Shown here one piece after another: positions 19,297-27,394 of a DNA stretch of 64,000 nt. The translations under genes were made by a program, and so were the position numbers. Positions within the stretch are counted from its first letter, which is position 1. Every line of letters starts with the position of its first letter. The stretch is from Spirochaetales bacterium (GTDB lineage: Bacteria > Spirochaetota > Spirochaetia > SZUA-6 > JAFGRV01), in contig JAFGHO010000067.1 of the NCBI GenBank assembly GCA_016930085.1, forward strand, positions 1,041 to 65,040, in the 5' to 3' direction. The notes beneath the pieces are model-generated. The model had not been told where the DNA came from and searched no databases. It saw only the letters and a program-made list of their open reading frames with translations.

Positions 19297-19965
19297 ATGA
19301 AACGATTGTCGTTTATTATTTTAGTGCTCGCCGGCGTCATCGGCTTTGCCGCGGGGGATGTGCGCGCTACCATTGAAGAGGTCAAGGGCAAGGTTGAAAT
19401 CAAAACGCCGAAAAAATCGTGGACGAAAGCGGAGGCGGGCATGACGCTTGAAAACGGCACCATGATATCGACCGGGTTTAATTCGCAGGCCGTTTTAAAG
19501 CTGGGTCCCTCGACCGTGATCGCCCGGCCCCTTACACGAATGACCCTGGAGGAGCTTGTCGAAAAAGAGGGAACCATCACCACCGAACTCTTTCTCAATG
19601 TGGGGAAGGTCCAGGCGGAGGTGAAAAGCAGTGAAGGAATCAAAAATGATTTTCTCTTGAAAAGCGTCGTGTCCACGGCGGCCGTCAGGGGTTCGATGGT
19701 CATATTCGACGGGAGAAGGGTGACCTTTCTGTCCGGAAGCGGTGTCGCGGTCAACCTGTACGGACAGAAACGGTATATGAGCAAGGGGGATGTCATTGAT
19801 ATTCCGAAGTTCAGGCCGCCTTCATTACGTGAGGCGGATAAAATCAGGAAGGCACTCGTCAATCCGCAAACAGGACTCACCGGCCTTCTGCCTCCTGATA
19901 TCATGACAAAGGCACTGGTCGTCGTTGCGTTTGTGTGGGTGACGGATACTATCGATGGGGACTAG
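19297..19965 (+). CDS. FecR-domain secreted protein
   Basis: Signal peptide. WTKAEAGMTLENGTMISTGFNSQAVLKLGPSTVIARPLTRMTL ... AAVRGS matches the FecR beta-sandwich pattern. Confidence 0.55.
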   Translation: MKRLSFIILVLAGVIGFAAGDVRATIEEVKGKVEIKTPKKSWTKAEAGMTLENGTMISTGFNSQAVLKLGPSTVIARPLTRMTLEELVEKEGTITTELFLNVGKVQAEVKSSEGIKNDFLLKSVVSTAAVRGSMVIFDGRRVTFLSGSGVAVNLYGQKRYMSKGDVIDIPKFRPPSLREADKIRKALVNPQTGLTGLLPPDIMTKALVVVAFVWVTDTIDGD

Positions 19966-20041
19966 ACGAACTGAAAATCGTATGGTATCCGGCCGATCAA
20001 CGATTCCCGTACCGGTTTTTCCGGAGATTGAGGTGAAGGAC

Positions 20042-21313
20042 ATGAAGGAAAGAAAAAAAATATATACCGCCGGCATTATGCTGATTGTACTGGCCATGGT
20101 GTCCGGTTGTTATATCGTGAACAGTGAAGACGCCGCGTTGTATCTTGATGTGAACGCCATGGTCAGGGGGGAAAGCCGCGCCCCGCTTCCCGGTTCGGTC
20201 CTGGGCATCCGGCTTGTCATTACCGGGCCGGGGATGGAGGTCATCGACAAATATTTCCCCCCCGGTCTTATGGCCGTATCCGTGGGCGTTCCCGCGGGCA
20301 GGGACAGGGTCATCAGTGTCGCCCTCGACATCGATCCCGCGGACCCCGGCGCGGTACTCGCCTTCGGGGACAAGGTCGCGACCGATCTCAAACCGGGACA
20401 GGTGAAAGTGGTGGCTGTCCGGATGAAGCCGGTAAAGACAAAACTGGTGGTTCCGGATTATATCGGTACAACGGGAGATGAATATGGAAGGGTAATACAG
20501 TTTGATAACATCGGCGGTGGTGGAAGAGTGGAACTCTATGGGACTGCGATCGGTATGGCAAGCGATTATTACTTTAAGCCCCATGATATCGCTTTTGACA
20601 GGGGAGGAAGGATATATATTGCGAACAATTACGCTTCAACCGGCTACGGACGGGTAGTGAGGATCGACAATATATTGGGGGCCGCTCCGGTCTTTTATCC
20701 GGATACGGGTTTTGGAATCGTTGCGGTTGCCGTCGATATGGAGAGGAGTCTGGTGTATTATACTTCCGGCATCAACCTCTTTAGCAGTCCAATTCGGGAA
20801 AATACGGTTGTCCTTCCACTTTCAACGACCGGCATCGGGCAGATCAGAGGAATAGATATTGACGATAACGGTTTTCTCTATATCGCCGGTACGCCGCAGG
20901 CAGGCGGTTATGGCATTTTCTATTACAATCCCTTTACTATGAATATCGTCGATCAAGTGACCGATGCAATGGTCGGCCAACTCAATACACCCTGGGATAC
21001 CCTTGTCAGGAACGACCGTATCTATGTATCAAACCTGAACGGGGCCGATGGGTCGAAGATCCTCCTGTTTGATAAATATCTTTCTTTTATCGACGGATAT
21101 GGCAACACCGCGGCAGGTATCGATATATCGCAGGGAATGTTCTATGGGCCGTATATGTTCGTCGCCATTCTCAACAAGAAGATCACCGTTATCGACGATA
21201 CATTCGGCATGAATAAAATCGTATCTATGGATGATATAAACGGAACAGGCTGGCAGACAAATCCATCGACGGCGGTCGACGGTAGGGCTTTCTTTAATTT
21301 TTACGAATGCTGA
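20042..21313 (+). CDS. Lipoprotein with NHL/beta-propeller-like repeats
   Basis: RBS GAGGTGAAGG. Lipobox MVSGC. Repeated Gly/Tyr/Ile-rich blades (GRIYIANN, GFLYIAGT, DRIYVSNL). Confidence 0.55.
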   Translation: MKERKKIYTAGIMLIVLAMVSGCYIVNSEDAALYLDVNAMVRGESRAPLPGSVLGIRLVITGPGMEVIDKYFPPGLMAVSVGVPAGRDRVISVALDIDPADPGAVLAFGDKVATDLKPGQVKVVAVRMKPVKTKLVVPDYIGTTGDEYGRVIQFDNIGGGGRVELYGTAIGMASDYYFKPHDIAFDRGGRIYIANNYASTGYGRVVRIDNILGAAPVFYPDTGFGIVAVAVDMERSLVYYTSGINLFSSPIRENTVVLPLSTTGIGQIRGIDIDDNGFLYIAGTPQAGGYGIFYYNPFTMNIVDQVTDAMVGQLNTPWDTLVRNDRIYVSNLNGADGSKILLFDKYLSFIDGYGNTAAGIDISQGMFYGPYMFVAILNKKITVIDDTFGMNKIVSMDDINGTGWQTNPSTAVDGRAFFNFYEC

Positions 21314-21316
21314 CCC

Positions 21317-22222
21317 ATGAAAATTCTCTATTATACCTCAGGCGTTACCGGCTCCGGTCGGGTCGTCCGCGGGATCGCGATCGCAAACGGGCTTGAACGC
21401 AGAAAACAGGGAACGAAGCGCGGCGGGATCGCGGCTGATTTTCATGTCCTCAGTTCCTGCCGCCTGGCCCGTCTCTGCGACCGCTTCGGCATTTCCCATA
21501 CGGAAATTCCCCCGGAAGGCGAGGACCGGCTGGGTCCGGATGCATACAGGGATTCGGAGCTTTTCAGGGCGATCACCGGGCTTGCCCCGGATATCCTCCT
21601 CGTCGATCTCCTCTGGTTTCCCCTCTATTTTTTTATCGATTCGCTGTCGTGCACGACGATTTTTCTCTGGCATGAAGTCGATGAGGCTTTTTTCACGATC
21701 GATTGCCGCGGGGGACGGAGGATCGTCTTTGATCCCTGCATGTTCGACCGCCTCGTGGCGATCGAACCGGTCGAAAAGCCTATCGGACCGGGGACGGAGG
21801 TCAATCCCCTTATCCTCCGCAACCGCGACGAAATTTTTCCACGGGACCGGGCGGTGAAAGAACTCGGGGTAGGAGATGATAAACGAAACTGCCTGCTCGC
21901 CTACAACGGGCATCCGGGTGATTTCGAGAAACTGAAAAGAATGTATTCCTATCTCGAAGATGAAGGGTTCCGGATGGTGTATACGACGAATTACAGGGGG
22001 GGGCTTTTCCCCGTCGTCGATTATTTCAATGCCTTCGACCTCATCATCTGCGGCGCGGGATACAATTCTTTCTGGGAAACGCGTTTTTTCGAAAAGGAAG
22101 CGGTTTATTATCCCCCCGTAACCAGGTTTTATGATCCCGGGCGGCTCATCCGCGACTATCATGATTATACCTTCAGCGAAAACGGTGCGGATCAGCTTGC
22201 GGATATGCTCATGAGTCTGTAA
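21317..22222 (+). CDS. Putative GT-B fold glycosyltransferase (MurG/UGT-like)
   Basis: N-terminal MKILYYTSGVTGSGRVVRGIAIANGL resembles the GT-B Gly-rich loop. C-terminal ICGAGYNSFWE resembles the donor-binding region. No close family assignment. Confidence 0.4.
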   Translation: MKILYYTSGVTGSGRVVRGIAIANGLERRKQGTKRGGIAADFHVLSSCRLARLCDRFGISHTEIPPEGEDRLGPDAYRDSELFRAITGLAPDILLVDLLWFPLYFFIDSLSCTTIFLWHEVDEAFFTIDCRGGRRIVFDPCMFDRLVAIEPVEKPIGPGTEVNPLILRNRDEIFPRDRAVKELGVGDDKRNCLLAYNGHPGDFEKLKRMYSYLEDEGFRMVYTTNYRGGLFPVVDYFNAFDLIICGAGYNSFWETRFFEKEAVYYPPVTRFYDPGRLIRDYHDYTFSENGADQLADMLMSL

Positions 22223-22326
22223 AATGGTCTGCGGTAATGGATGAAAAAGGCGGCCGAACGAGGATGTTGAGCGTTCGCCGGCACGCAAACCTGGTGTACA
22301 GGTTCCACGACTCATGACAGTGACGT

Positions 22327-23826
22327 TCAGTCGCGCTCCCGTTCGATCTCCAGGACGTTTTTCCCCTTTATCGAACGGAGAATTTCTTCGACCTTGAAAT
22401 ACCGGTTTCGACCGATCATACTCACCCCGTCCGTGTACCGGAGGGAGTTGCCCTGCCAGTCGCTGGGGATCGGATCGTAGGCGATAAAATATTGTTCATC
22501 GAGACTGTAGCCTTTGATGACGATATAGTGGCCGGTGGTGTCCGGATAGAAACGGTCGACAAACACCAGCCGTTCGTCTCCTTCGACGGGCGAGAGAACG
22601 GTCGTGTTGAAACTGACGATCGCGATATTTCCCCAGTCGATGATCCGTTTCATGTCGTTGAATTGATCGATAACGGTAAGTGCCGTTTTTATTCGGTGGT
22701 AGTTGAAATTCATTATCATATGCTGGTAGGAAAGCGCCCCGGATTTGATGGGAAGGCCGATTTCCTCCCTGCTTTTTTCCACGCTGATATACTTCCCCGT
22801 GGCCCAATGAAGCGCGATAGCTACGCAGGCGGGACCGCAGTTTCCGTACATCCCGGTATCGAACTGCGTCTTGTACCAGTCATACTCCGGTTCGACGCTG
22901 TGCTGGGAAGGAAAGGGACTGACAAACAGATAAAAGCCGAAACTCGTTTCTCTGCCGGTCAGCGTTATCTTTGCGTACCCCGGGGCTATCGCGGTAAAGA
23001 CATCGTCAGCAGTCTGTTTGAGTAGTACCGGGCGCTGGATTATCCGCGTTTCCATGTCGAATGCCGGGGCTCCGGCTTCTTTACGCTGTATCACTTCTCC
23101 AAGATCGAGATTCCCGTTGACATGATCGATCGTATAAAACGGGAGACCCTCCTTTGTTTCGATGCGTGTTCTTTTCACGCGGACCGTCAGGGGTGAGGAA
23201 AGAACTTCCCGGCCGCTTCCGTCGGCGACGGACAGACGGACGGTGTAATCGCCCGATTTCATGTAGGTATACGAAGGACGTTCCTCCCGGGAAAAATAGC
23301 CCGTTCCGAAATCCCACACACAGGAGAGATCGTCGGGGACATCGAGGACCGGATAGAAATCGACACGCAGGGGAATGTTACCGTTTTTATTGAACGCCGA
23401 GACGGCGAGTGTGGTGGGAAGCGTGCCGGTCCGGTTTGTCGGTTCGCCCGGAAACGTGGAATTCCGTCGCTGTTCGATACCCTTCGGCAGATAAAGTGCC
23501 GTTCCCACGGCGAGCAGCCGCGAGTCGATCAGGCCGTTGTATCGTGCAATGCCGGCGGCGCTTATTCCATAGGAATCCGCGATACTGTGAATCGTGTCGC
23601 CGATTGCATACCGGTGGATGGGAGGTATGTCGTTATGTGATATAGCGGCGTCGGCCGGATTCCCGTCTTCCTCCGTCCCCGGTTCCGCATCCGCCGGCTC
23701 CGCCCCCGGCGGTTTTCCTTCCTGGTCGAAAAGCGAGAACGAGGCCAGCAAAGAGATCGGAACGGCGATACAGAGTACCAAAAGGACTATGAAAAGTATC
23801 CGGTTTCTTTTCATCATCTCTTTCAT
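22327..23826 (-). CDS. Secreted LysM - PKD - C39-like (papain-fold) peptidase
   Basis: Signal peptide. LysM (YAIGDTIHSIADSYGISAAGIARYNGL). PKD-like (VWDFGTGYF...YTVRLSVADGSG). C-terminal YGNCGPACVAIAL ... GHYIVIKGY (Cys/His peptidase_C39-like). Start chosen among ATG candidates 23856, 23826 and 23817. Confidence 0.65.
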   Translation of the reverse strand: MKEMMKRNRILFIVLLVLCIAVPISLLASFSLFDQEGKPPGAEPADAEPGTEEDGNPADAAISHNDIPPIHRYAIGDTIHSIADSYGISAAGIARYNGLIDSRLLAVGTALYLPKGIEQRRNSTFPGEPTNRTGTLPTTLAVSAFNKNGNIPLRVDFYPVLDVPDDLSCVWDFGTGYFSREERPSYTYMKSGDYTVRLSVADGSGREVLSSPLTVRVKRTRIETKEGLPFYTIDHVNGNLDLGEVIQRKEAGAPAFDMETRIIQRPVLLKQTADDVFTAIAPGYAKITLTGRETSFGFYLFVSPFPSQHSVEPEYDWYKTQFDTGMYGNCGPACVAIALHWATGKYISVEKSREEIGLPIKSGALSYQHMIMNFNYHRIKTALTVIDQFNDMKRIIDWGNIAIVSFNTTVLSPVEGDERLVFVDRFYPDTTGHYIVIKGYSLDEQYFIAYDPIPSDWQGNSLRYTDGVSMIGRNRYFKVEEILRSIKGKNVLEIERERD

Positions 23827-23962
23827 TTCTCTACAATGAAATGAGAGAAAAATCAAGAGTAATATGAGAGTTTATCCCGTCTTGTGTCGGGGACTGCTGT
23901 ACTTTCTCGACCGTATTTGATAAAATCATTGAAAAAGCTGTCAATGAAAAGGGAGTTGAATC

Positions 23963-26167
23963 ATGAATGAAATAACCGTGTTGCCATTGGCCGAATACGG
24001 CCGGAAATTCATTCCGGATGAGTTTCTTCCGGAAGGAAAAGACGAGTATTATATCCGTAACGAGCAACTGGGAAAACCCGATTATCCATGGCGGCGACTC
24101 GAATCGGAAGAAATCGAAAACCTTATTAAAAACGGGAATACGAGCGAAGACTGGAGCAATATTTTCGTCACACAGAATTTCGAAGACCACCTTGTCAAGA
24201 ACTGCCTGTTTTCCGGTATCGTCAGAATCGGCCGGCTGGATAACGTCGCCCTCGAGCACCATAATCTCCAGGTGCCCGTCGGTATCACCAATTCGACGAT
24301 TATTTCATGTGACATCGGGGATAATTGCGCGATTCACAATGTCAATTATCTCGCCCATTATATTATTGGAAACAATGTCATTCTGCTCAATATCAATGAA
24401 ATGCATACAACCGATCATGCAAAATTCGGGAACGGCATCGTCAAGGAAGGGGAGAATGAGAATGTCAGAATATGGCTCGAACTCATGAATGAAATGGGCG
24501 GACGCGCGGTGCTTCCCTTTGACGGAATGATCCCGGCAGACGCTTATATATGGCTGAAATTCCGGCATCATGCGGCATTACAGCAACAACTCAGGGAAAT
24601 TACACAAAATCAGACCGACAACCGGAGGGGGTATTACGGGTCGGTCGGTGATTGCACGGTCGTGAAAAACAACAGGATCATCAAGGATGTCAAGATCGGT
24701 TCGTGCTGTTATATCAAGGGAGCGAATAAACTGAAAAACCTGACCATCAACTCGAGTGAAGCCGAACCCACACAGATCGGAGAAGGGGTGGAACTCGTCA
24801 ATGGCATTATCGGATACGGGTGCAGGGTGTTTTACGGGTGTAAAGCCGTTCGTTTTGTGATGGGAAGAAACTCGAACCTCAAATACGGCGCACGGCTCAT
24901 TCATTCGTACCTGGGCGACAATTCGACGGTATCGTGTTGTGAAATCCTTCACAACCTCATTTTTCCCGCCCATGAACAGCATCACAACAACTCGTTTCTG
25001 ATAGCTTCGCTGGTGATGGGGCAGAGTAATCTCGCGGCCGGGGCAACCGTCGGTTCGAACCACAATAGCCGAGCCAATGACGGCGAGATCCAGGCCGGAA
25101 GGGGATTCTGGCCCGGACTTTGTACTACGCTCAAGCATTCGTCCCGCTTCGTGTCGTTTGTCCTTATCGCAAAGGGGAACTATCCCGCGGAATTGAATAT
25201 ACCGCTTCCTTTTTCCCTGCTCAATACTAACGAAGGAAACGATACCCTCGAAGTGATGCCCGCCTTCTGGTGGATGTATAACATGTATGCCCTCGCGCGA
25301 AACACATGGAAGTTTCGAACCCGCGATAAACGGAAGATCAAGGTTCAGCATATCGAGTTTGATTCGCTTGCCCCGGATACAATCGAAGAAATATTTACGG
25401 CACGCAGACTGCTCGAGATATGGACGGCAAAGGCATTTTTCAGATCGCAAGGGGAGGCCTTTGACCGGAAAGACGGCGATGAGCTTTCGGAAAAGGGAAA
25501 AGAACTCCTTAACGGGCCGGAAGGGGCAATGAAAGGGCTCGAAGTCCTTGGTGAGTATATGGAGAAAAGCGGCAGGAAAGAAGTAATTCTCAAACCGCGC
25601 GACGGGTATCACGCGTACGGCCGGATGATTCATTATTATGCGATGAAGGAACTGCTCGCATACATGGATGAAAACAAGACGGTGACAATCGAAGCGCTTG
25701 GCAGAAAATTCTCACCGGTCCGTGAGGCCGGATGGATCAATTGCGGGGGACAACTCATCAAGGAAAAGGATGTTAAGACGCTCTGCGATAATATCGGAAG
25801 CGGAATGTATAAGAGCTGGGAAGAAATTCACAAAGCATATGACGAACTCTGGGCCGCGTATCGGCACGATAAATGCGCCCACGCCTTCGCAACGCTCCTT
25901 GAGATTCTTGGAACGGATTCCCTTTCATCCTCTTTATGGATGGAACAACTCGATGAGGCGGTGAAAACCCAGGAGTATATCCGCGATCAGGTTTACCTCT
26001 CGCGAAAAAAGGATTATGAAAACCCCTTCAGACAGGCGACCTTTGACTCTGCCGAAGAAATGGAGGCGGTGATTCATACGGCGGAAGATAACTCCTTCGT
26101 GCTGCAGGTAAAAAAGGAAACTGAGGAGTTTCGGCGGCTTGTCGATGATATACGGAAACGGGGATAG
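23963..26167 (+). CDS. Left-handed beta-helix (hexapeptide-repeat) protein, DUF4954-like
   Basis: 734 aa. Central hexapeptide-type repeats (ISCDIGDNCAIHNVNYLAHYIIGNNVILLNIN). Long alpha-helical C-terminus. Family assignment from memory only. Confidence 0.5.
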   Translation: MNEITVLPLAEYGRKFIPDEFLPEGKDEYYIRNEQLGKPDYPWRRLESEEIENLIKNGNTSEDWSNIFVTQNFEDHLVKNCLFSGIVRIGRLDNVALEHHNLQVPVGITNSTIISCDIGDNCAIHNVNYLAHYIIGNNVILLNINEMHTTDHAKFGNGIVKEGENENVRIWLELMNEMGGRAVLPFDGMIPADAYIWLKFRHHAALQQQLREITQNQTDNRRGYYGSVGDCTVVKNNRIIKDVKIGSCCYIKGANKLKNLTINSSEAEPTQIGEGVELVNGIIGYGCRVFYGCKAVRFVMGRNSNLKYGARLIHSYLGDNSTVSCCEILHNLIFPAHEQHHNNSFLIASLVMGQSNLAAGATVGSNHNSRANDGEIQAGRGFWPGLCTTLKHSSRFVSFVLIAKGNYPAELNIPLPFSLLNTNEGNDTLEVMPAFWWMYNMYALARNTWKFRTRDKRKIKVQHIEFDSLAPDTIEEIFTARRLLEIWTAKAFFRSQGEAFDRKDGDELSEKGKELLNGPEGAMKGLEVLGEYMEKSGRKEVILKPRDGYHAYGRMIHYYAMKELLAYMDENKTVTIEALGRKFSPVREAGWINCGGQLIKEKDVKTLCDNIGSGMYKSWEEIHKAYDELWAAYRHDKCAHAFATLLEILGTDSLSSSLWMEQLDEAVKTQEYIRDQVYLSRKKDYENPFRQATFDSAEEMEAVIHTAEDNSFVLQVKKETEEFRRLVDDIRKRG

Positions 26168-26192
26168 GGAAGACCGTCCCGTTGATCATCCT

Positions 26193-27209
26193 TCAGCCCA
26201 TAAACTCGTTTCCTACCTTTCGGGCGCGTTGCGGTTTGTCCAGGTTGATTCCCGCGGCTAGACCGATTTCGACAAGAAGATTCCAGCCCGCACAAAGGTA
26301 GACATACGGGGCCATCTCGCCCGCCCGGGGGACCACAACCGTCGGAAAGGGCGTCGCGTGATCGGCGATTGCCACAACGGTCAATCCCACCCCATCGACA
26401 AGCACCTCCTGGAACTTTTGTATCTCGTCTTCGATGGGATCGACAACGAAGACGATTTCATCCGGGTCCATCACCTCTTCAATCCCGTGCACGGCATAGG
26501 TGCCTTCGAGAAAATCCGATTTTTTTCTGGTGATTTCATTCGTTTTCAGCGTCAGTTCTTCCGCGACCCCGTCGTTATAACCGGCAAAATAGATGACCGG
26601 CGCGTTTTTCGCCTTCTCGACGATCGTGCCGTCGATGGTAAGCGTCAGAGCCTCCTCGATTTTTTCCGCAAGACCTTTAACCCCCTCTTTCATATTCATT
26701 CCCGCAATATGACTGATAATAGACTGATAAAAAAGGGCCTGTTCGACCACACTCTTTGTCGCCGCGACGGCCTCTTCCCATCCGCAGCCGAGAACAAAGG
26801 TTTCTTCGACTTCACGGGAAAGGACGGTGTCCTCGTTTGCCGTCAGACCGAAACATCGCCTGTTGCCTGAAGCGGTCAGTTTTTTTGCGAGCAGCACCAC
26901 TTCCCTGGTCCTTCCCGAATTCGAAGCGCAAAACACCGCAGAGTCCCTGAGATTGTACAACGCGGACTGCCGGGAGCCGTCGGTCGCGATACTCAGGGGT
27001 AGCCCCCACGTATGGGCTTTACGAATGGTATTCTTCGCGGGAAAGATACGGCTCGACCCCTCCCCGGTAAGAAGCAATCTGCCCGCCTCCTTTATCTTTC
27101 CGGCAACCGTCATGGTCTTTCCGGGATCGAATTTTCTCACCACATCCACGGTATCCATCATCTCCCGCGAAAGCGCGTACTGCGAATATCGGGCTTCATT
27201 CAGATTCAT
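26193..27209 (-). CDS. SIS-domain sugar-phosphate isomerase/deaminase (AgaS / GlmS-C-like)
   Basis: Two SIS-type phosphosugar-binding segments (LLLTGEGSSRIF; VIYFAGYNDGVAEE). Confidence 0.65.
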   Translation of the reverse strand: MNLNEARYSQYALSREMMDTVDVVRKFDPGKTMTVAGKIKEAGRLLLTGEGSSRIFPAKNTIRKAHTWGLPLSIATDGSRQSALYNLRDSAVFCASNSGRTREVVLLAKKLTASGNRRCFGLTANEDTVLSREVEETFVLGCGWEEAVAATKSVVEQALFYQSIISHIAGMNMKEGVKGLAEKIEEALTLTIDGTIVEKAKNAPVIYFAGYNDGVAEELTLKTNEITRKKSDFLEGTYAVHGIEEVMDPDEIVFVVDPIEDEIQKFQEVLVDGVGLTVVAIADHATPFPTVVVPRAGEMAPYVYLCAGWNLLVEIGLAAGINLDKPQRARKVGNEFMG

Positions 27210-27358
27210 AGCTTCCTCCTCATCGGTTTTCTGATTATCGACCCTGACCGGTTCGAACGGAACTCAGTATACATAACTTTATTACAATAATCAAGAAACC
27301 CGCTCGCCTTCGGCCCGCGAAAGGATTCGGCCGGATACCCGCTTTTCCGAAATATTTT

Positions 27359-27378
27359 TTTTCGAACTCCGTCCCCGT
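27359..27378. repeat. Direct repeat copy 1 (TTTTCGAACTCCGTCCCCGT)
   Basis: 20-mer. Pairs with the copy at 29983-30002 (1 mismatch). The two bracket the LRR-dockerin gene. Confidence 0.5.
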
Positions 27379-27394
27379 GTTTTCGGTTTCCGCG

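Noticed and set aside
21338-22315. 325-aa minus-strand ORF
   Set aside because: Antisense to the glycosyltransferase gene. Arg/Pro-rich low-complexity translation typical of antisense GC-rich frames.
24578-25633. 351-aa minus-strand ORF
   Set aside because: Lies inside and antisense to the 734-aa beta-helix gene. No domain, and improbable composition.
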